Shown: piece by piece, positions 1 to 7,932 of the stretch | How positions within the stretch are numbered: the first letter of the stretch is position 1 | Layout of the letters: each line of letters begins with the position of its first letter | Assembly: GCF_050219315.1 (NCBI RefSeq) | Contig: NZ_CP116939.1 | Location: 205,077-229,076 of the forward strand | DNA from: Megasphaera sueciensis | Lineage (GTDB): Bacteria; Bacillota; Negativicutes; Veillonellales; Megasphaeraceae | DNA: 24,000 nucleotides | Direction: 5' to 3' | Made by a program: the position numbers and the translations under genes | Notes under the pieces: model-generated | The model's input: only the letters and a program-made list of their open reading frames with translations | Databases searched by the model: none | What the model was told of the DNA's origin: nothing

Positions 1-37
1 GGAAACACTGGATAATTCTTTTGACATTAACTTTTAG
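1..37 (+). CDS. mraZ: possible 3' end of mraZ (partial, runs off the window start)
   Basis: Frame 2 is open from the window edge to TAG at 35-37 (...ETLDNSFDINF*). mraZ normally sits directly upstream of rsmH. Only 11 codons are visible, so the call is essentially synteny-based. Confidence 0.3.
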   Translation, partial: ETLDNSFDINF

Positions 38-45
38 GAGGCTCT

Positions 46-978
46 ATGGAATTTCATCATGTGAGCGTCCTGCTCAATGAAATGATAGATAATATTATAG
101 GTGATCCGAATGGAGTATATGTAGACTGTACTCTTGGCGGCGGCGGCCATTCCAGGGCGCTTGCCGAACGATTGACCGATCAGGCAACACTTATTGGCTT
201 AGATCAGGACAGTGAGGCCATAACTGCAGCTGTCAATACGCTTAAAGGCACTGCATGCCGATTTATTCCGGTGCAGCGTAATTTTCAGGATATTGGACAT
301 GTTCTTGATACGCTTTGTATTGAAAAAATTGACGGAATTATGTTTGATTTGGGCGTATCCAGTTATCAGCTGGATACACCGGAACGAGGATTTTCTTATA
401 TGCAGGATGGTCCTTTGGATATGCGAATGAATCAATCACAGAAACAAAGTGCGTATGATGTGGTTAATACATATAGTGAAGCGGATTTATATCGAATTAT
501 TAAAGACTACGGAGAAGAACGGTGGGCTAAACGGATCGCATCTTTTATTGTAGCGGCCCGGAATGAAAAACCGATATGCCGGACCGAGGAACTTGTAACA
601 ATAATTAAAAAGGCTGTACCGGCAGGTGCCCGTAAAGATGGACCGCATCCTGCCAAAAGAACTTTTCAAGCGATTCGAATTGAAGTAAATGATGAATTGG
701 GAATTCTTAAAGATACGTTTGAAACAGCGGCAGAGCGTCTTAAAACAGGGGGCCGTATCGCTGTCATTACCTTTCATTCACTGGAAGATCGTATTGCTAA
801 ACAGACGTTGAAACGTATGGCGACTAACTGTATTTGTCCTCCGGGCATGCCTGTATGTACTTGTCATCACCATGCTATTTTGAAGGTATCTCGTCATGCT
901 ATTGAACCGGGAGATAAAGAGTTAGAATGCAATCCGCGTGCACGAAGCGCAAAATTGCGTGTTGGGATTCGTATATAA
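46..978 (+). CDS. rsmH: 16S rRNA (cytosine1402-N4)-methyltransferase RsmH/MraW
   Basis: 310-aa ORF with AGGAGG at 36-41. Carries SAM-methyltransferase and RsmH family motifs GGGGHS, FDLGVSS and FHSLEDR. It is the first full gene of a dcw cluster. Confidence 0.93.
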   Translation: MEFHHVSVLLNEMIDNIIGDPNGVYVDCTLGGGGHSRALAERLTDQATLIGLDQDSEAITAAVNTLKGTACRFIPVQRNFQDIGHVLDTLCIEKIDGIMFDLGVSSYQLDTPERGFSYMQDGPLDMRMNQSQKQSAYDVVNTYSEADLYRIIKDYGEERWAKRIASFIVAARNEKPICRTEELVTIIKKAVPAGARKDGPHPAKRTFQAIRIEVNDELGILKDTFETAAERLKTGGRIAVITFHSLEDRIAKQTLKRMATNCICPPGMPVCTCHHHAILKVSRHAIEPGDKELECNPRARSAKLRVGIRI

Positions 979-1020
979 TATACCAGACGTATATGGATAT
1001 ATATTTTATAATTTGATCGG

Positions 1021-1443
1021 ATGTGGTATAATATGCTAGCCAGAAAAGCAGGTTATTATAATTATCAAAATCAGAGCACGCGGACAATTGCCGTTCATTA
1101 TACCGGAGATGCCGCATACGGTACGAGAGCTGAAGAACGTAAATTTTCCCAGGTTTTATGGAAAACATTTGCTTTGATTGCCATTATAGGTATCTTGCTT
1201 TTGGCACATGTGGCTATTTCGGCAGCCGCAGCGAATAGCGGGTATAATTTGATGCGGGAAAAACAACAGGTACAACAATTTTATCGTGAAAATGAAGATT
1301 TACGATTGGATATTGCCAAAATGGAATCGCCGGACCGGATTTATTCTATGGCGACGCAAAAATTGGGAATGGTTGCACCGGGGCAGGTGCTGTATGGCCC
1401 TTCATATGCAAAGAGCAGCGTGGGGAAACACGTAGGTAAATAG
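1021..1443 (+). CDS. ftsL: cell division protein FtsL (septum formation initiator family)
   Basis: 140-aa ORF with one TM helix (TFALIAIIGILLLAHVAI), then a coiled-coil and the typical FtsL C-terminal pattern ...ENEDLRLDIAKMESPDRIYSMATQKLGMVAP. It occupies the position after rsmH. The start is ambiguous (ATG 1021 or 1033) and there is no clear SD. Confidence 0.8.
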   Translation: MWYNMLARKAGYYNYQNQSTRTIAVHYTGDAAYGTRAEERKFSQVLWKTFALIAIIGILLLAHVAISAAAANSGYNLMREKQQVQQFYRENEDLRLDIAKMESPDRIYSMATQKLGMVAPGQVLYGPSYAKSSVGKHVGK

Positions 1444-1453
1444 AGCAATATGG

Positions 1454-1490
1454 GCAGCCTTTTTCCGTAAGGCTGCTATTTGTATTTTTT
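1454..1490 (+). terminator. intrinsic terminator after ftsL
   Basis: 8-bp stem GCAGCCUU / AAGGCUGC (1454-1461 / 1469-1476) with a 7-nt loop, followed by UAUUUGUAUUUUUU. Confidence 0.7.
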
Positions 1491-1539
1491 GAAAATGGCT
1501 TCATTCGAACCGAGATTAGTTGTTTAGGAGGAAATTGTG

Positions 1540-3027
1540 ATGAAAACAATAGGGGAACTTTGTAAGATAATTAATGGAATATATAATATTAAAGGTAATG
1601 CCGAAAAGAAAATTACGGGTATTTCTTCCGATTCCAGAAAAATAGAACCAGGCGATTTATTTATCTGCTTGCCTGGCGTGCATGTTGATGGATCTGTTTT
1701 TGCCAAGCAAGCAGTGGAAAAAGGTGCGGCTGCCGTTCTGACAACCAAACATCTGGATTTGCCGCCGCAAGTTGTACAAATTACAGTGCACAATATTCAT
1801 GAAGCGATGGAGGATGTTGTTCCGTATTTTTATGATTATCCCGGTAAAAAAATGCGGATGATAGGTGTTACAGGAACAAATGGGAAAACAACGACAACGC
1901 ATATTATTGCTCATATTTTGCGCAGCGCCGGATATCATGTCGGCGTTATTGGAACTATTCATGCCCTTATTGACGATAAAGAATTGCCTATTCATAATAC
2001 GACGCCGGATGTTGTAGAATTACAACAATTTTTGTCGCTTATGTATGAAAAAGGAATTACCCATGTGGTTATGGAGGTCTCGAGTCATGCGTTAGCTATG
2101 AACCGTGTGGCAGGGTGTGAATACGATACGGCGGTGTTTACGAATTTGACACAAGATCATTTGGATTATCATAAAACCTTTGCAAATTATCTGGCAGCTA
2201 AGGAAAAACTTTTTCAAGGATTAAGTTCTGGTGAACATGTTAAAGATAATAAGACTGCCATTGTTAACATTGATGATCCTTATGGAAAAGATATTCTCGG
2301 TGTTTGCCATTGCAAGACACTGACATATGGAGTTGAAAAGGAAGCAGATCTTAAAGGCGCTAACTTAAAAGTAGAGTTAAAGAGTTCATCCTTTGATGTG
2401 ACAGGACCGTTTGGAAGTGTTTCCCTCCATATGCAGATTACCGGATTATTCAATGTATATAATACCTTAGCGGCTATTGGGGCTGCACACGCAGAAGGAG
2501 TTTCTACAGAAATTATTGATAAAGCGATTCAAACATTTCATTCGGTACCGGGACGCTTTGAACTTGTAGAAGAAGGGCAAGATTTTGCAGTTATTGTTGA
2601 TTATTCGCATACGCCGGATAGCCTGGAAAAGGCACTTACAACAGCTCGAGCAATGAATCCGAAACGAATTATTGCCGTATTCGGATGTGGGGGTGATCGG
2701 GATCGGACAAAACGTCCTATTATGGGGCGCATTGCTGCAGAATATGCAGATATTCCTATTGTTACATCTGATAATCCACGTTCGGAAAACCCGGAAGATA
2801 TTGTTAAGGAAGTAGAAAAGGGTGTATTGGAAGGGATAAAAGAAGGACAGCATCATGAAGTCATCGTAGATAGACGATCGGCTATTTACCGCGCGGTAGC
2901 AATAGCTCAAAGCGGGGATATTATTTTGATTGCCGGGAAAGGTCATGAAACGTATCAGATTTTGAACAGCGGTACTATTCATTTTGATGACCGTGAGGTA
3001 GCGCGTGACGCGATAAAGGGGAGATAA
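1540..3027 (+). CDS. murE: UDP-N-acetylmuramoyl-L-alanyl-D-glutamate--2,6-diaminopimelate ligase MurE
   Basis: AGGAGG at 1526-1531 with ATG at 1540 (the ORF track starts at GTG 1537). Mur ligase P-loop GVTGTNGKTTT. The DNPR motif (VTSDNPRSE) is associated with meso-DAP-adding MurE. Confidence 0.93.
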   Translation: MKTIGELCKIINGIYNIKGNAEKKITGISSDSRKIEPGDLFICLPGVHVDGSVFAKQAVEKGAAAVLTTKHLDLPPQVVQITVHNIHEAMEDVVPYFYDYPGKKMRMIGVTGTNGKTTTTHIIAHILRSAGYHVGVIGTIHALIDDKELPIHNTTPDVVELQQFLSLMYEKGITHVVMEVSSHALAMNRVAGCEYDTAVFTNLTQDHLDYHKTFANYLAAKEKLFQGLSSGEHVKDNKTAIVNIDDPYGKDILGVCHCKTLTYGVEKEADLKGANLKVELKSSSFDVTGPFGSVSLHMQITGLFNVYNTLAAIGAAHAEGVSTEIIDKAIQTFHSVPGRFELVEEGQDFAVIVDYSHTPDSLEKALTTARAMNPKRIIAVFGCGGDRDRTKRPIMGRIAAEYADIPIVTSDNPRSENPEDIVKEVEKGVLEGIKEGQHHEVIVDRRSAIYRAVAIAQSGDIILIAGKGHETYQILNSGTIHFDDREVARDAIKGR

Positions 3028-3029
3028 AC

Positions 3030-4415
3030 ATGGCAACCTTTACGATACAAGAAGTTGAGAAAGCAACGGAAGGAACACTGTCTTATCCGATTAAAGAAGA
3101 CATGATTTTTTCTAAAGTAGAAACGGATACAAGAAATATAAGTCCAGGATCGCTGTTTGTTGCGTTAAAGGGTGAAAAGTTCGATGGGCATGACTTTGTA
3201 TGCCAAGCGCGTGATAATGGGGCAACGGGTGCGATTGTACAGGAATATAGAGAAGAATATAAGAAAGATAACTTTGCTGTTATTCTTGTTTCCAATACGT
3301 TAACTGCATATCAGGGGCTGGCACGGTTCCACCGGCGGCGTTTTGATATTCCCATCGTAGCTGTAACCGGTTCTGTAGGTAAAACGACGACGCGTAATAT
3401 GATAGCATCTGTTTTGGCACAGAAATTTACTGTTTTGCAGACAGCAAAAAATTTTAATAATGAAATTGGGTTACCGAAGACATTGCTGCAGCTGACGAAA
3501 GATCATGGGGCTTGCGTGGTGGAAATGGGAATGCGCGGGCTGGGACAAATTGCTGATTTGGCTGCTGTAGCGGAACCAACGGTTGGCGTTGTGACCAATG
3601 TGGGTAAAAGTCATATCGAATTGTTGGGATCTCAGGCCAACATTGCCAAAGCGAAAAGTGAATTAGTCAAAGCTCTTACGGAAAACGGAGCGGCGATTTT
3701 AAATCAGGATGATCCGTATACTGCGGCCATGGCTGATTTGTGCAAGGGAAAAGTTGTCAGTTTTGGCTTGGGTAATGATGCCGTTATACAGGGAAACCGC
3801 ATTTTTATGGATGAGCAGGGAGTACATTTTACGTGCCGCTGCTTTGATGAAATGTTTGATGTGTTGATTCCGGCATTGGGAGAACACAATGTCTACAATG
3901 CATTGGCCGCTATTTCTGTAGGTCGGATACTAGGACTTTCAGATAGAAAAATGCAAAAAGGATTGCTTGAATATCAGAGTGAAGCAATGCGGCAGGAACT
4001 GATACGCATTGGATCGTATACGTTTATTAATGATGCCTATAATGCAAATCCTGCGTCGATGCAGGAAGCAGTCAGAACGCTTGCACAGCTTGGAAAGGGA
4101 CGCAAAATTGCTGTTCTTGGCGACATGTTAGAGTTAGGTGAGTGGGCACAGAAGGAACACGAAAAAATTGGCATTGAGGCTGCTGCGTTAGGCATTGATG
4201 TTGTAATCGCCATGGGATCTCTTGCTGGTTATATTGCGGCGGCGGCTGAGAATGCCGGATTGACCCAGGTTTATACGGTAGAAAGTCATGCGGCAGCGGC
4301 GGCTTGTTTGAAACATATTCTCCAGCCGGAAGATACAATCCTTCTTAAAGGATCACGAGGAATGGCAATGGAGAAAATACTGCCTTATTTTGAAGGGAAG
4401 TCATGCGAATGTTAA
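3030..4415 (+). CDS. murF: UDP-N-acetylmuramoyl-tripeptide--D-alanyl-D-alanine ligase MurF
   Basis: 461-aa ORF with P-loop VTGSVGKTTT and MurF-typical NNEIGLP and VLGDMLELGE. It starts 2 nt after the murE stop. Confidence 0.93.
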   Translation: MATFTIQEVEKATEGTLSYPIKEDMIFSKVETDTRNISPGSLFVALKGEKFDGHDFVCQARDNGATGAIVQEYREEYKKDNFAVILVSNTLTAYQGLARFHRRRFDIPIVAVTGSVGKTTTRNMIASVLAQKFTVLQTAKNFNNEIGLPKTLLQLTKDHGACVVEMGMRGLGQIADLAAVAEPTVGVVTNVGKSHIELLGSQANIAKAKSELVKALTENGAAILNQDDPYTAAMADLCKGKVVSFGLGNDAVIQGNRIFMDEQGVHFTCRCFDEMFDVLIPALGEHNVYNALAAISVGRILGLSDRKMQKGLLEYQSEAMRQELIRIGSYTFINDAYNANPASMQEAVRTLAQLGKGRKIAVLGDMLELGEWAQKEHEKIGIEAAALGIDVVIAMGSLAGYIAAAAENAGLTQVYTVESHAAAAACLKHILQPEDTILLKGSRGMAMEKILPYFEGKSCEC

Positions 4416-5377
4416 ATACGCTGATCTATGGATTTGCAGTCAGCTTGGTCATAGCACTGGTATTGGGTCCGTTTGTGATACGGGAATTAAAATCCTTTCA
4501 CGCTCGCCAATCGGAGCGGGAAGAAGGACCGGCGAGCCATAAAATAAAAGCGGGAACTCCAACGATGGGAGGCGTTTTAATTTTAACGGCTTTAGTGGTA
4601 TCTTGCTTGGTTTTTGATCCGCTGGATCTGCGTAAGGGATTAGCTCTGTTTTTGACATTAGGCTATGGCGCAATTGGTTTTTTAGACGATGGAATCAAGT
4701 CATTGAAGCATCGAAACCTAGGTCTTACGGCAAAGCAAAAATTGATAGGGCAGTTTATTATGGCGGCTATATTCTGTGGTATTTTAAAAGTATATTTGGA
4801 TTTTCCAACGACGTTATGGATCCCATTTACAAACTGGCATGTTGAAATTGGGATATTCTATTATTTATTTGTTTTTGTGATGATTGTCGGCACGAGTAAT
4901 GCCGTGAATCTTACCGATGGATTGGATGGCTTGGCGGCGGGTTCTTGTGCGATTACTTCTGTGGCGTATGTAGTTATTGCCGTGGCGCTGGGATATATTA
5001 ATTTTGCCGTATTTTGCGCATCTATGGCCGGAGCTTGTTTAGGCTTTTTGTTTTATAATCAGCATCCGGCGAAAATGTTTATGGGGGATACAGGTTCCTT
5101 AGCCTTAGGGGGCGCGCTGGCGGCAATGGCCATTCTTACGAAAACAGAATTGCTGCTTATTATAGCGGGCGGACTGTATGTGATCGAAGCATTATCGGTC
5201 ATTATACAGGTCATTTCCTTTAAGACCCGCGGTGTCCGTGTTTTTAAGATGAGTCCGATCCACCATCATTTTGAATTATCAGGGTGGAGCGAAGTGAAAG
5301 TCGTTACGGTTTTTTGGAGTTTTTCAGCCATAATGGCAATTATTGCTATTATTATTGTATTGTCCACGACTAATTAA
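4403..5377 (+). CDS. mraY: phospho-N-acetylmuramoyl-pentapeptide transferase MraY
   Basis: Polytopic membrane protein with motifs NAVNLTDGLDGLA, MGDTGSLALGG and PIHHHFE. It overlaps the murF stop. The start could be ATG 4403 or 4409. Confidence 0.93.
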   Translation: MRMLNTLIYGFAVSLVIALVLGPFVIRELKSFHARQSEREEGPASHKIKAGTPTMGGVLILTALVVSCLVFDPLDLRKGLALFLTLGYGAIGFLDDGIKSLKHRNLGLTAKQKLIGQFIMAAIFCGILKVYLDFPTTLWIPFTNWHVEIGIFYYLFVFVMIVGTSNAVNLTDGLDGLAAGSCAITSVAYVVIAVALGYINFAVFCASMAGACLGFLFYNQHPAKMFMGDTGSLALGGALAAMAILTKTELLLIIAGGLYVIEALSVIIQVISFKTRGVRVFKMSPIHHHFELSGWSEVKVVTVFWSFSAIMAIIAIIIVLSTTN

Positions 5378-5398
5378 TAATTAAAAGAGGCGTTTTCA

Positions 5399-6763
5399 AT
5401 GAGTATAATGGATTTTACGGGTAAAACTATACTGGTTATCGGTGCCGGAATCAGTGGTAAAGCTGCAGCACGTGTATTGGCGGGACATGGCGCGGCGGTG
5501 GTTTTAAATGATAGGAAGAAAATTGATGCCTCGGAAGAACCGTGGACGATTCTTGCCGCAGCAGGTGTGAAATTTGTTTTTGGCAGCCAGGAAACGTCTC
5601 TTCTTGATACAACGGATATTGTTGTACCTTCTCCCGTTATTTCTCCGGAAATTCCTATTATGCGGGAAGCGGTAAAAAGAGGGATTCCTATTTGGAGCGA
5701 AGTAGAAGTAGCGAGTCGTGTTACCAATGCAGATATCCTCGGCGTGACGGGGACTAATGGTAAAACGACAACGACTACACTACTTGGGAAAATTATGGAA
5801 GCGGCAGGACGACATACTGTAGTAGGCGGCAATATTGGTATAGGTCTTTCGGAACAAGCAGCTGATTTACCGGCAGGAGATGTGGTTGTTGCGGAGCTTT
5901 CCAGTTTTCAACTTGAAAACACACAGACGCTTAAACCTAAAGCTGCTTGTATATTGAACATTACACCGGATCATATGGATCGGCATCATACAATGGAAGC
6001 GTATGCTGCTGCAAAAGAACGCATTTTTCGCAATCAGACTAAGCGGGAAACCGCTGTTTTGAATTATGATGATCCGTTGATCAGACAAATGGAGAAGGAT
6101 ATACAAAGTAGGATTCTATATTTTTCAACGAATACAGAAGTTCCTGTAGGTGCTTTCTTGCGAGGCAAGGAATTGATCCTGCGGATCCATGGCAGAGACA
6201 CATGCATATGCCGGACGGACGAATTGAAATTATTCGGTAAACATAATATTCAAAATTGTTTGGCGGCTTTTTTAATTGCCTATGCTGTCGGAGCACCGCT
6301 TGCGGTGATTCGTAAAGTTCTTAAAGAATTCAGCGGAGTGGAGCATCGCATTGAATTTGTGCGTACGATTCAAGGAGTTCCGTATTATAACGATAGTAAA
6401 GGGACTAATACGGATGCATCTATTAAGGCTTTGGAAGCGTTTTCCGGCCATGTTATTCTTATTGCCGGCGGACATGATAAAATGACTCCTCTTGATACGT
6501 TTATGCAGCTGGCAGCTAAAAAAGTGGATATACTGATTTTAGTCGGTGAAGCGGGCGACCGATTTGAACAAGAGGCTCGCAAAGTTGGTGTGAAAAATAT
6601 TTATCGTGCCGGATTTGACATGGAAAAGGCCGTAAGGATGGCTCGAAACATGGCAACGGCACCGCAGGTAATATTGTTGTCACCAGCGTGTTCCAGCTAC
6701 GATATGTATGACAATTTTGAACAGCGCGGCGATGATTTTAAACGGATTGTTTGGTCGCTGTAA
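5399..6763 (+). CDS. murD: UDP-N-acetylmuramoylalanine--D-glutamate ligase MurD
   Basis: N-terminal Rossmann GAGISG, P-loop GVTGTNGKTTTT and YNDSKGTN. RBS AAGAGG lies upstream. Confidence 0.93.
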   Translation: MSIMDFTGKTILVIGAGISGKAAARVLAGHGAAVVLNDRKKIDASEEPWTILAAAGVKFVFGSQETSLLDTTDIVVPSPVISPEIPIMREAVKRGIPIWSEVEVASRVTNADILGVTGTNGKTTTTTLLGKIMEAAGRHTVVGGNIGIGLSEQAADLPAGDVVVAELSSFQLENTQTLKPKAACILNITPDHMDRHHTMEAYAAAKERIFRNQTKRETAVLNYDDPLIRQMEKDIQSRILYFSTNTEVPVGAFLRGKELILRIHGRDTCICRTDELKLFGKHNIQNCLAAFLIAYAVGAPLAVIRKVLKEFSGVEHRIEFVRTIQGVPYYNDSKGTNTDASIKALEAFSGHVILIAGGHDKMTPLDTFMQLAAKKVDILILVGEAGDRFEQEARKVGVKNIYRAGFDMEKAVRMARNMATAPQVILLSPACSSYDMYDNFEQRGDDFKRIVWSL

Positions 6764-6798
6764 ATTATGAGCTGAAGTGAAAATAAGGAGGAAAAGGC

Positions 6799-7917
6799 AT
6801 GCGTCGTGTCATTATATCCGGTGGAGGAACAGGTGGTCATATCTATCCGGCGATTACTATTGCCAGATCTATTGCCGATATTGAACCGACAGAGTTTTTA
6901 TATGTGGGTTCTAAAGTTGGCTTGGAAAATACGCTGATACCTAAAGAAGGACTGCCTTTTGTTACACTGGATGTACGAGGATTGGAACGAAAAATATCCA
7001 TTCGCAATATGGTTACATTGAAAAAAACTATTGGCAGCATGGTGCAAGCCCGATGGTTATTACATAAATTTAAACCGCAGGTCGTTATTGGAACAGGGGG
7101 GTTTGTCTGCGGCCCAGTACTTTTAGCGGCTAGTTTAAGCGGTATACCCACACTTATTCAGGAGCAAAATGTTATTCCGGGTATTACCAATACAATTTTA
7201 AGCAAATTTGTCGATATTGTAGCGCTCGGTTATGAAGAAGCTTCTGGTCGTTTTAATCAAAAAAACAAATTGGTAGTTACAGGTAATCCTGTTCGGAAGG
7301 ATATTTTAACTGTATCCAAGAAGACCGGACGGGCTTTTCTGGGATTAGATCCGGTAAAGTTTACCCTTTTGGTTGCTGGTGGCAGCCGGGGTGCTCGTAC
7401 TATTAATACAGCTATGGTAGAAGCGCATCGGTACTTTAAAGATGATCCGGATATACAGATTTTGCATGTAACTGGGACTGACGAATATAAACAAGTTGTG
7501 GAACAACTTCCGGGAATCAGCGAAAAAGGGAAGTACGGTTCGGGAAGTTATATTATTCCATATCTTCACCATATGCCGGAAGCACTGGCGGCGGCTGATT
7601 TAGCAGTATACCGCGCAGGAGCGGTAGGACTGGCGGAATTGACTGTACGAGGTCTGCCTTCCATATTGATACCATATCCTTATGCGGCCGAAGATCATCA
7701 ACGGTATAATGCGCAGGCTTTGGTTATGTGCGGTGCTGCAAAAATGATTTTGGATAAGATGCTTACAGGACGGGAACTTATTGAAGAAATCGTTCATTTG
7801 AAAAATGATCCGGTAGCGTTGAAACGGATGGCTGAAGCTAGTAAGTCTTTGGGAAAACCTAAGGCTGCATATGATATCGCAAAGTTGGCATTGTCCATCG
7901 CACGCGACTCAAAATAA
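6799..7917 (+). CDS. murG: undecaprenyldiphospho-muramoylpentapeptide beta-N-acetylglucosaminyltransferase MurG
   Basis: N-terminal GGGTGGHIYPA. 372 aa with GT28 architecture. AGGAGG lies upstream. Confidence 0.92.
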   Translation: MRRVIISGGGTGGHIYPAITIARSIADIEPTEFLYVGSKVGLENTLIPKEGLPFVTLDVRGLERKISIRNMVTLKKTIGSMVQARWLLHKFKPQVVIGTGGFVCGPVLLAASLSGIPTLIQEQNVIPGITNTILSKFVDIVALGYEEASGRFNQKNKLVVTGNPVRKDILTVSKKTGRAFLGLDPVKFTLLVAGGSRGARTINTAMVEAHRYFKDDPDIQILHVTGTDEYKQVVEQLPGISEKGKYGSGSYIIPYLHHMPEALAAADLAVYRAGAVGLAELTVRGLPSILIPYPYAAEDHQRYNAQALVMCGAAKMILDKMLTGRELIEEIVHLKNDPVALKRMAEASKSLGKPKAAYDIAKLALSIARDSK

Positions 7918-7932
7918 AGGGAGTGCATACAC

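Noticed and set aside
21-26. TTGACA hexamer upstream of rsmH as a promoter -35
   Set aside because: No acceptable -10 lies 16-18 nt downstream (CTATGG). It sits inside the probable mraZ 3' end.
1024-1032. Extended -10-like TGGTATAAT overlapping the ftsL start codons. Other TATAAT words occur at 974-979 and 1007-1012.
   Set aside because: The 979-1035 spacer is very AT-rich, so such hexamers are expected by chance. No matching -35 is present. A transcript starting here would lack the only in-frame ftsL start codons.
2467-3036. 189-aa minus-strand ORF antisense to murE
   Set aside because: It lies entirely inside a strongly supported + strand gene. It has odd low-complexity composition rich in N/F/I/C/R, no RBS and no recognisable motifs. 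This is a typical shadow ORF.
5374-5832. 152-aa minus-strand ORF antisense to the murD 5' region
   Set aside because: Shadow ORF of murD. Its Pro/Ala/Thr/Ser-rich translation is the mirror of a Gly/Ala/Val-rich Rossmann/P-loop region, and it has no start context.
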